This document shows positions 30,248 to 38,203 of a DNA stretch of 64,000 nt, piece after piece; position 1 is the stretch's first letter; the number at the start of each line of letters is the position of its first letter. The stretch is from Prevotella sp. GTDB lineage: Bacteria; Bacteroidota; Bacteroidia; Bacteroidales; Dysgonomonadaceae. The stretch covers positions 64,001 to 128,000 of the forward strand of contig JAITVV010000095.1 of the NCBI GenBank assembly GCA_031285625.1, given 5' to 3'. The position numbers were made by a program, and so were the translations under genes. The notes under the pieces are model-generated. The model saw nothing but the letters and a program-made list of their open reading frames with translations. It had not been told where the DNA came from and made no database searches.

Positions 30248-30665
30248 GCATTGTTTTCACCATTGATTTGTGTTTAAAATAGTAATCCAGCACTTCCCGA
30301 AAAGTATTTCCGCATTTGCTCCACTCGCCGGAAGGATGTCCATGCCCTACAACTTCACCGTTCTCGCAAATAGTTTTGCTATACATTCTAATTTTAGTAC
30401 AGTAAGAATCACCTTGAGGAATTACATGCATTTTATATCTACCTGATATACTTAAATTACGAGACTTGCTTTCATTATATACCTGAAATTCAAGGAAAAA
30501 GTCATCCCCTTTATTAGCACTATTCTCTCTTGTAATCTCCACTAAATACTGTATATTTTCTTCAGTCTCCTCTAATATATAAGGAAACTGTCCTTTCGTA
30601 TTAACTTGTCCTGTACAAATCATTGGAAATAATAATATAATTATTGCAATAGTATATTTTCTCAT
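30237..30665 (-). CDS. Hypothetical secreted protein between two direct-repeat palindromes
   Basis: 142-aa ORF with signal peptide MRKYTIAIIILLFPMICTG|Q. Confidence 0.7.
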   Translation of the reverse strand: MRKYTIAIIILLFPMICTGQVNTKGQFPYILEETEENIQYLVEITRENSANKGDDFFLEFQVYNESKSRNLSISGRYKMHVIPQGDSYCTKIRMYSKTICENGEVVGHGHPSGEWSKCGNTFREVLDYYFKHKSMVKTMPKK

Positions 30666-30696
30666 GTAAAGTTCTGTTAAGGTTTTCTACTCTGTT

Positions 30697-30747
30697 AAAA
30701 AGTAACAAAGGTAACAGCTTTGTTATTGTTTCTATCTGTTACTTTTT
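30697..30747. repeat. GTAAC...GTTAC palindrome, copy 3
   Basis: AAAAAGTAACAAAGGTAACA...TATCTGTTACTTTTT; both ends identical to copy 2. Confidence 0.85.
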
Positions 30748-30794
30748 CTCTCAGAATAAAGCTTATTTTCTATTAGACAATCTATCTTTAATTA

Positions 30795-30876
30795 CTTTGT
30801 CATCCTGAGGAACGAAGGATCTCTTTTCTTCTTTACATACGCTACGCTCCTGTGACCGTTCGTCAGCATGACAAGG
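30795..30876. repeat. REP-like GTCAT...ATGAC palindromic element (degenerate)
   Basis: CTTTGTCATCCTGAGGAACGAAGGATCT...TCAGCATGACAAGG terminal inverted arms. Confidence 0.65.
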
Positions 30877-30957
30877 AGAATATGCTTTGCTCTAGCATAA
30901 TTTCATAGAGCGTTTCTATACCAAGCCACTAATTAACATAAGATCAGCATATTATCA

Positions 30958-31683
30958 TCAGCTACATACTCCGTCTATCGAACAGGATTGTCCTGTTATT
31001 ATTTCTCCTTTTTCGGAAGATACTCCGTTCTGTTCCCATTCAGTATAAGCCTCGTTCAATACTTTCAGATAATCTTCGGAAGCAATGGAGCCTTGTACGA
31101 TCTGCTTACCATTGAAGACATAGAAAGGAATATATTCAAGATTCAATTCGTTTTCACTATACTCTACATCTTTCTTTATATCTGCCAGATATTTATCACT
31201 ATCCAACATTGCTGATATATCTGTTTCTTTCAGCCCTATCTTTGTTCCAAGTTCTATCAGTACATTCCGGGCACTGATATCCCACCCTTTTACAAAGTAT
31301 GCATCAAACAACACCTCTTCCGCTTCGGTAGCCAAACCGGATTCATTAGCCAGTTTCACAAGGCGCAATGCATCGGAAGTATTAGCCACAATCAGTTTAT
31401 CAAAGTCATAGTTCAAACCAACCTCTTTTGCCAGTTTGGCTACCTTTGCCTGCGTAATACGAGCCTCATCCTCTGTCATATCATACTTCTTTGCAAAGTA
31501 GCTGTAAATAGACTGATTAGTGGCTTGTTCAAGCAAATCAGGATCTAATTCATAACTATGCCATACGAGCTCTACACTCTTCCGGTGAGGAAACTGCTCC
31601 AAAGCTTTTTCCAGTTTTCTTTTTCCTATATAACAATATGGGCAGGCTATATCTGACCATATTTCTATTTTCATTTTACTCAT
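30958..31683 (-). CDS. DsbA/FrnE family thiol oxidoreductase
   Basis: WSDIACPYCYIGKR, IPFYVFN, C-terminal CSIDGVC. Confidence 0.9.
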   Translation of the reverse strand: MSKMKIEIWSDIACPYCYIGKRKLEKALEQFPHRKSVELVWHSYELDPDLLEQATNQSIYSYFAKKYDMTEDEARITQAKVAKLAKEVGLNYDFDKLIVANTSDALRLVKLANESGLATEAEEVLFDAYFVKGWDISARNVLIELGTKIGLKETDISAMLDSDKYLADIKKDVEYSENELNLEYIPFYVFNGKQIVQGSIASEDYLKVLNEAYTEWEQNGVSSEKGEIITGQSCSIDGVCS

Positions 31684-31701
31684 ACTTTTGTCTTATTATT
31701 C

Positions 31702-31763
31702 AAAAAAAGTAATAAAAGTGACAAGAGTAACACTTATCGAAATGTTACCTCTTTGTCACCTTA
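31702..31763. repeat. GTAAC...GTTAC palindrome, copy 4
   Basis: AAAAGTAATAAAAGTGACAAGAGTAACA-N11-TGTTACCTCTTTGTCACC. Confidence 0.7.
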
Positions 31764-31798
31764 TATATTTCATCGTCTATCGAATAGATAAACAACTT

Positions 31799-33256
31799 TT
31801 ATTTGGCTGGAATATTCTTTAATGTTTCCAATAAGAAATTCCACCATTTCTCAACAGAAGCTATTTCGATCTGTTCTTCCGGTGAATGCGCATTTCTGAT
31901 TGTTGGGCCACAGGAAATCATATCCAAATGCGGATATTTTTCGAGGAACAAGCCACACTCAAGCCCTGCATGAATCGCCATAATTTCTGCCTCTTTCCCA
32001 AAAAGGTCTTTGTAAGCTTTCTTAGCTACTGCCAACACTTTAGAATCCGGATTTGGTTTCCATCCCGGATATCCGGCCGAGTGTTCAACTTTTGCTTTTG
32101 CCAGTGTAAATACAGCATTCACAATATTTCCGGCATCATCTTTCAGTGAGTTAGTCGAACTTCTCTGACTTGTCATGATCACAATCTTATCACCTTCCTT
32201 CATCTTCACGGAAGCCAGATTAGTAGAAGTCTCCACAAGCCCCGGAATCTCATGGCTCATAGCTAATACTCCATGAGGACAAGCATAAATTCCGTTCAAT
32301 AAATTACTTGTCGTATCCTTATCGATAACAAATGCAGGAGTATCTGTGGATGAAACTGTCATTTTCAAATTAGGATCGACAGCTTTCAATTCAGCTTCAA
32401 TATCAGGAGCCAATGTATTCAGTTCTACTATCACATCCTCTTTGTGGCTGTATGGAATACCTGCAATAGCATATGCCTCACGGGCAATGGCATTATGCAA
32501 GTTGCCACCATCTATTTCAGCAAGAGCCAGGTCAAATTTTCTACTCAAAGCCCACAGATAACGGTTTAGTATCTTATTCGCATTACCCAGGCCTTTGTGA
32601 ATCTCCGAACCGGAGTGACCGCCATTGAGTCCATTCACTTGTACCCTGAACCAAAAATAATTTGCCGGTATATCTTGTTTCTTATAATCAAATGTTACTG
32701 TTGTTATTTTTCCACCGGCACATCCGATATAGATTTCACCCTCCTCTTCTGTATCCAGATTGATAAGAATATCTCCATTCAGAAAATCTTTACCTAAGGC
32801 ATAAGCACCTGTAAGCCCGGTTTCTTCGTCTACTGTAAACAAGCACTCCAATTTTCCATGTTCTATTGTATCCGAAGCCAGGATAGTCAGGGCAGCAGCT
32901 ACACCCATACCGTTATCGGCACCAAGCGTAGTTCCTTTGGCTTTCAGCCATTCTCCGTCCACATATGTTTCTATAGGATCATTATCGAAATCATGTTTTG
33001 TACCGCTATTTTTTTCACATACCATATCCACATGGCCTTGCAAAATTACTGTCGGAAGATTTTCTTTGCCTTTGGTAGCAGGTTTGGTGATAAGGACATT
33101 CCCTGCATCATCTTTCTTGACCTCCAGATTGTATTTTTTTGCGAATTCTAAAAGATAAGCGATTATTTTTTCCTCTTTTTTCGAAGGACGTGGAATTTGA
33201 GTTATTTCATAAAAATAATTCCATATCCCACTTGGTTTTAAATCTTTAATTGTCAT
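31799..33256 (-). CDS. pepD: Aminoacyl-histidine dipeptidase (M20C)
   Basis: LQGHVDMVCEK, TTLGADNG, DEETG, GGHSG, IHAGLECG, AHSPEE. Confidence 0.96.
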   Translation of the reverse strand: MTIKDLKPSGIWNYFYEITQIPRPSKKEEKIIAYLLEFAKKYNLEVKKDDAGNVLITKPATKGKENLPTVILQGHVDMVCEKNSGTKHDFDNDPIETYVDGEWLKAKGTTLGADNGMGVAAALTILASDTIEHGKLECLFTVDEETGLTGAYALGKDFLNGDILINLDTEEEGEIYIGCAGGKITTVTFDYKKQDIPANYFWFRVQVNGLNGGHSGSEIHKGLGNANKILNRYLWALSRKFDLALAEIDGGNLHNAIAREAYAIAGIPYSHKEDVIVELNTLAPDIEAELKAVDPNLKMTVSSTDTPAFVIDKDTTSNLLNGIYACPHGVLAMSHEIPGLVETSTNLASVKMKEGDKIVIMTSQRSSTNSLKDDAGNIVNAVFTLAKAKVEHSAGYPGWKPNPDSKVLAVAKKAYKDLFGKEAEIMAIHAGLECGLFLEKYPHLDMISCGPTIRNAHSPEEQIEIASVEKWWNFLLETLKNIPAK

Positions 33257-33475
33257 TTTTTATATTTTAATTATTACTTACATTCTCATAATAACTTCTA
33301 AAATTATACAGATATAGCTTAAAAAGCAATTTTTTTACAACTTTTAAAGGTTTAAATGTGGTGTTGTTTTAACATAAAGATATATCTTTGCCAAGTCGTT
33401 TTAAAACAAGCGTGTATTTATAACATGCTTGTTGTTATATTTGCTATAGGAAAGATTAACTAAATGTATTATTAA

Positions 33476-34093
33476 ATGAAGAATATTTCTTACATTATTA
33501 ATGGCGTTCTTGCGGTTGCAATAATTGTCCTTTTTATTTTATTTTTCACATCTAATAAGGGAAACACAGAAAACGGAGGCACCTCTCTAAAATTTGCGGA
33601 AGGAGACTCCACCGGAGTATTGCCTATAGCTTATGTTAATGTAGATTCACTATTAATAAACTACAATTATGCTAAAGATGCAAACGATGCATTGATGAAA
33701 AAGTATAATAGTTCGAATGCTACACTTACTCAAAAACAGAGACAACTGGAGTCTGAAGCAGCAGAATTTCAGAGAAAAGTGCAAAACAATGCATTTCTAA
33801 GTCAGGAAAGAGCTCAACAGGAAGCTGCCCGCATTCAAAAACTGGAAGCCGACCTACACACTATGGCTCAGAGACTGCAGGAAGATTATGTAAGAGAACA
33901 ACAAAAAGTAAATGTTCAGATGGCTGATTCAGTGAGACTAATCCTTAAAGAACTAAACAAAACAGCTAAATATCAGATGATATTCAGCAACACAGGATTA
34001 GACAATATACTTTTAGCAAAAGACGGATATGATATCACTGGTACCGTGATTACTCTTTTGAATAATCGCTACAAACCGGAAGCTGCAAAATAA
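33476..34093 (+). CDS. OmpH/Skp family chaperone with N-terminal membrane anchor
   Basis: IAYVNVDSLL.NY, coiled coil, YDIT..V...LN; TATCTTTG at 33383-33390. Confidence 0.9.
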   Translation: MKNISYIINGVLAVAIIVLFILFFTSNKGNTENGGTSLKFAEGDSTGVLPIAYVNVDSLLINYNYAKDANDALMKKYNSSNATLTQKQRQLESEAAEFQRKVQNNAFLSQERAQQEAARIQKLEADLHTMAQRLQEDYVREQQKVNVQMADSVRLILKELNKTAKYQMIFSNTGLDNILLAKDGYDITGTVITLLNNRYKPEAAK

Positions 34094-34110
34094 TTAAGAA
34101 AAAAATATAG

Positions 34111-34148
34111 AAATAGGGTAACACTAATCGGAGTTATCCTATTTTTTT
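34111..34148 (+). terminator. Terminator between the ompH paralogs
   Basis: AAATAGGGTAAC...GTTATCCTATTTTTTT. Confidence 0.75.
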
Positions 34149-34261
34149 GTAATATAGGGAAAAATTAAGGTCGCAGACCTATTTATTACTTTTGTATGTA
34201 TAACAGCTATAGGAAGTTGCAATTAAAAAATATATCATTAAATACTTTCTTTTACTTACAG

Positions 34262-34816
34262 ATGAAAAGGCTTATTTTTCTTGCTATCGCACTAGTTTCT
34301 ATGAATATATCATTCGCCCAGACGATGCCGGATTCAGGATTGCTACCCATTGCATATGTAGATATAGACTCATTGCTAACGAACTATAACTTTGCAAAAG
34401 ATGCAAATGACACCTTGATAAAGCAATTCAACAATTCGAAAACGGCAATTGCTCAAAAACAAAAACAACTGGAGGCTGATGTTGCAGAATTCCAGAGAAA
34501 GATACAGGATAATGCCTTCTTAAGTGCAGAAAGAGCCGAACAGGAAGCTACACGCATACGGAAACTCGAAACAGATATCCAAATGATGACTCTAAAGTCG
34601 CAGGAAGACTTTACAATAGAACAACAAAGAATAAATAAACAGATTACTGACTCTGTAAAACATATCCTGAAAGAGATAAACAAGACTTCTAACTATGAGA
34701 TGATATTCACTAACGCAGGGTTAGATAATATATTGCTGGCTAAAGACGGGTATAACATTACCCAAAAAGTAACAGACCTTCTGAACAGCCGCTTCAAACG
34801 GAAAATATCAGAATAA
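34262..34816 (+). CDS. OmpH/Skp family chaperone, second paralog with cleavable signal peptide
   Basis: MKRLIFLAIALVSMNISFA|Q, IAYVDIDSLL.NY; clearly similar to the upstream copy. Confidence 0.88.
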   Translation: MKRLIFLAIALVSMNISFAQTMPDSGLLPIAYVDIDSLLTNYNFAKDANDTLIKQFNNSKTAIAQKQKQLEADVAEFQRKIQDNAFLSAERAEQEATRIRKLETDIQMMTLKSQEDFTIEQQRINKQITDSVKHILKEINKTSNYEMIFTNAGLDNILLAKDGYNITQKVTDLLNSRFKRKISE

Positions 34817-34832
34817 TCAAAAACATTGCATT

Positions 34833-35576
34833 ATGGATACTTACGGAATAATTGGATACCCCCTGAAACATTCTTTTTCTAAAAAGTACTTCACAGAAAA
34901 ATTTGAGAAAGAAAGAATTGATGCACAATATTTAAATTTTGAGATCGCCGATATTTCACTTTTCCCGGATATCCTTCTCTCTCACCCTACTATGAAAGGA
35001 TTTAATGTGACTATTCCTTATAAAGAGAAAATAATTCCTTATCTGACCGAACTCGACCCCAGAACAAAAGAAATAGGTGCCGTGAATGTGATAAAAGTCA
35101 CCCGTAATAATGGCGATGTCAAGCTAATAGGCTATAATTCCGACATCATTGGCTTCCAACATTCAATCGGACCGCTAATCAATAAAGAAATACATCATAA
35201 AGCTCTTATATTAGGTACCGGCGGGGCATCAAAAGCTGTACAGGGAGGATTGCAAAATCTGGGTATAGAATGGATGTATGTGTCACGCACCCCTAAAGAA
35301 GGTCAGATATCATACAAAGATATCGATCAAAATGTATTGGATGAATATACTATCATTATTAATGCTTCACCACTTGGTACTTTTCCTGATATAGAAAATG
35401 CTCCTGATATACCATACCAATTGCTTTCATCCAAGCACCTCTTATATGATCTGGTTTATAATCCTGCGGAAACAAAATTCTTAAGACTCGGCAAAGAAAA
35501 TGGTACTACCATAAAAAATGGAGCAGAGATGTTGGAGTTGCAGGCTATTGCCGCCTGGAAAATATGGAATAGTTAA
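34833..35576 (+). CDS. aroE: Shikimate dehydrogenase
   Basis: GYPLKHSFS, NVTIPYK, GAVN, GTGGA, DLVYNP.ET. Confidence 0.95.
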   Translation: MDTYGIIGYPLKHSFSKKYFTEKFEKERIDAQYLNFEIADISLFPDILLSHPTMKGFNVTIPYKEKIIPYLTELDPRTKEIGAVNVIKVTRNNGDVKLIGYNSDIIGFQHSIGPLINKEIHHKALILGTGGASKAVQGGLQNLGIEWMYVSRTPKEGQISYKDIDQNVLDEYTIIINASPLGTFPDIENAPDIPYQLLSSKHLLYDLVYNPAETKFLRLGKENGTTIKNGAEMLELQAIAAWKIWNS

Positions 35577-35643
35577 TTATTTTCATATTGTTTAATCTAT
35601 AAATTTGAAAGAAAACTTATACCTTTAAAGCCAAAATACCAAT

Positions 35644-36300
35644 ATGGAAATAATAAATCTCTCAGAGCAAAACACTATTCTCAATCGTTTTGTCAGCGAA
35701 TTGCGTGATGTAGAAATCCAAAAAGACAGTATGCGTTTCAGACGAAATGTTGAACGCATAGGGGAAATAATGGCGTATGAAATAAGCAAATCTTTGAATT
35801 ATGCTCCCCTTGAGACTCAAACGCCATTAGGCACATCCGTTACGAATGTACCAACAGACTCCCTTGTGATAGGCACTATACTCAGGGCTGGGCTTATCTA
35901 CCATCACGGATTTTTGCAATTTTTTGATAAAGCTGAAAATGCTTTTGTTTCTGCATACCGAAAATACAGGGAAAATCATCAAAGTTTCCACATACATATC
36001 GAATATATCGCTTCCCCCAAAATAGACAATAAGGTACTGATATTAACAGATCCGATGCTTGCCACAGGAGGTAGTATGGATCTATCATACCAGGCTCTGT
36101 TAACCAAAGGGGAACCGAGCCATATCCATATTGCTACAATCATATCCAGCCAACAGGCTATAGAGTATTGTGCTCAAAACTTTCCTCAAGAGAAAACAAC
36201 AATATGGGCAGCAGCTATCGATCCCGGGCTGAATGAATTTGCGTATATCGTACCAGGATTGGGTGATGCCGGAGATCTGGCATATGGAGAAAAAGAGTAA
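35644..36300 (+). CDS. upp: Uracil phosphoribosyltransferase
   Basis: ILRAG, DPMLATGGS, YIVPGLGDAGD. Confidence 0.96.
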   Translation: MEIINLSEQNTILNRFVSELRDVEIQKDSMRFRRNVERIGEIMAYEISKSLNYAPLETQTPLGTSVTNVPTDSLVIGTILRAGLIYHHGFLQFFDKAENAFVSAYRKYRENHQSFHIHIEYIASPKIDNKVLILTDPMLATGGSMDLSYQALLTKGEPSHIHIATIISSQQAIEYCAQNFPQEKTTIWAAAIDPGLNEFAYIVPGLGDAGDLAYGEKE

Positions 36301-36319
36301 TCAAAATAACTAGAATAAA

Positions 36320-36342
36320 AAAGCCTGGAAATCCCAGGCTTT
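36320..36342. terminator. Bidirectional terminator
   Basis: AAAGCCTGG-AAATC-CCAGGCTTT between convergent genes. Confidence 0.8.
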
Positions 36343-36370
36343 ATTTTTATAATATAAGAATATATCTTCC

Positions 36371-37270
36371 TTAGTTTCGTTTCGAATACAACCAGGCTGT
36401 ACTGTATTGCGGATTTTCTCTTCGGAAAACCTCAAGGAAGGATTCACCTTCCGTCTTATCCGTAAAAGAAGCCACATAAATCCTATAGCGGTCAGATTGT
36501 ACTATCGAAGCATTCTTTAGTCCGTTATTTCTCACCTTCTCTAGCAATCGGTCAGCCTGAGATTTTGAATCCTCACCTCCAACTATGATATAATATGTAC
36601 GGAGAGAAACTTGTTTATCTACATCTGGCTTTTCCACATCTTCGTTTTGCACACTTTGCTCAAGCACAGGCTTCAACGATGTAGACAATGAAGATACAAA
36701 TCCGGCCTGTTGGCTATATTTTTGAATCGAATTATCCTTAATATTTATAGATGGTACGGCAAACAAGAACAATGCAATCGCTGCTGCAGCTACCCCACCC
36801 AAGGTATGCCGGAGAGAAAAACGACTTGTACTAACCTCGCTTACTCTTTCTATATTGATCAAACGCCTCAATTCTACTTGTTTCAATCCGTAAGAATCCG
36901 GGAATATCAAAAACTTATTAGCCGTAAAAACAGTTTTATTATTTTCATCAACCGAGAGATAACCAAAGCGGCCACAATTTACAGCTTTACCCGCCAATAG
37001 TTCTCTTTTCAGTTCTTTGACAGACTCTTTTAACCGTTGTGATGCAACATTATAAGATAAATTACCATCTTTCTTATAGAGGTTAATCAGAATTCCATCA
37101 TCATGTTTCAAATCGGGATTAAAGACAACCGAAAATCTGGGAGGTACCAGCCCGTTGACTAATAAAGATGCCGGTTCAGAGTTCAATATAAATCCTCCAA
37201 AGTCAGGTATAATCACGCAATTATGTACAGGTAGCGAGAATTCTAAATATTTAAATAATTCATCATTCAT
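36371..37270 (-). CDS. HU-like (CCDC81-type) domains plus TM and SPOR domain protein
   Basis: CVIIPDFGGF, FN..L..DDG, TM helix, YYIIVG...RYRIY...F...AW. Confidence 0.85.
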   Translation of the reverse strand: MNDELFKYLEFSLPVHNCVIIPDFGGFILNSEPASLLVNGLVPPRFSVVFNPDLKHDDGILINLYKKDGNLSYNVASQRLKESVKELKRELLAGKAVNCGRFGYLSVDENNKTVFTANKFLIFPDSYGLKQVELRRLINIERVSEVSTSRFSLRHTLGGVAAAAIALFLFAVPSINIKDNSIQKYSQQAGFVSSLSTSLKPVLEQSVQNEDVEKPDVDKQVSLRTYYIIVGGEDSKSQADRLLEKVRNNGLKNASIVQSDRYRIYVASFTDKTEGESFLEVFRRENPQYSTAWLYSKRN

Positions 37271-37423
37271 AAAACAAAGATAGCTATATGTTGCCAATAT
37301 TTTTATTAAATATAGAAAGATTTTTTAGTCTATTTTATATATATAATCGACACTAAGTATAAAAAAAGTCTGATTATTAATAAGAAAAGCCTAATTTTGT
37401 AATCCAAATAAAGAACCTCTACG

Positions 37424-38017
37424 ATGAATATAGAAGAAACGATTATTGATCAGATAAAAAAGTCTATTTCTGTCAAAGAAAGCATACTCACCAGCCCTTC
37501 GGTCTTACAAAGTATATACGATGCTGCAACAATGGTAACATCTGCATATAAAAACGGATCGAAAACACTGTTGGCGGGTAACGGAGGAAGCGCCGCTGAT
37601 GCTCAACACATAGCAGGTGAATTCGTCAGCCGTTTTTATTTCGACCGTCCGGGCTTACCTTCAATAGCACTTTCAACAGACACATCCATACTTACAGCAA
37701 TAGGAAATGATTATGGGTTTGACCGCCTCTTTGAACGACAGGTCCAGGCTCAGGGAAACGAAGGGGATATATTCATTGGACTTACTACTTCTGGAAATTC
37801 CGAAAACATCATTAAAGCACTATCTGCCTGTAAAACAAAAAAAATAAAAAGCATAGTCTTAACTGGAGAAACAGGAGGTGCGGTTTCAGACATGTGTGAC
37901 ATCTGCATCAAGGTGCCTTCCGCAGAGACACCCAGGATACAAGAATCACACATACTCATCGCACATATAATTTGCTGCATTGTCGAAGAAGAACTCTTTG
38001 GTTACATGAAAAGCTAA
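37424..38017 (+). CDS. gmhA: D-sedoheptulose 7-phosphate isomerase
   Basis: GNGGSAADAQH, TAIGNDYG, TSGNS, PRIQE.H. Confidence 0.95.
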   Translation: MNIEETIIDQIKKSISVKESILTSPSVLQSIYDAATMVTSAYKNGSKTLLAGNGGSAADAQHIAGEFVSRFYFDRPGLPSIALSTDTSILTAIGNDYGFDRLFERQVQAQGNEGDIFIGLTTSGNSENIIKALSACKTKKIKSIVLTGETGGAVSDMCDICIKVPSAETPRIQESHILIAHIICCIVEEELFGYMKS

Positions 38018-38064
38018 TCCTGTAAAATCGTAATAATTAAACTTGTTTTAAGCTAAAAAATAGC

Positions 38065-38072
38065 TACATTTG
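38065..38072 (+). promoter_or_regulatory. -7 element (TACATTTG) for the polysaccharide operon
   Basis: TAnnTTTG about 130 nt upstream of the exporter gene. Confidence 0.6.
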
Positions 38073-38203
38073 TAACGCTAAAAAAAATGAAGGTTAGAAG
38101 TTTTCATATGCTTTATAAAAAGCTGATAAATAAAGCCTTACAAAAGTGCCTCCATTAATACAGATTCTATATAAATAAAAGATTTTTCAATAACATATAT
38201 TAT

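Noticed and set aside
30135-31763. CRISPR array or classical integron
   Set aside because: Spacing is irregular (about 60, 500 and 1000 bp), repeats are degenerate, no cas or intI gene is present and the attC consensus is not met; kept only as an unexplained repeat family
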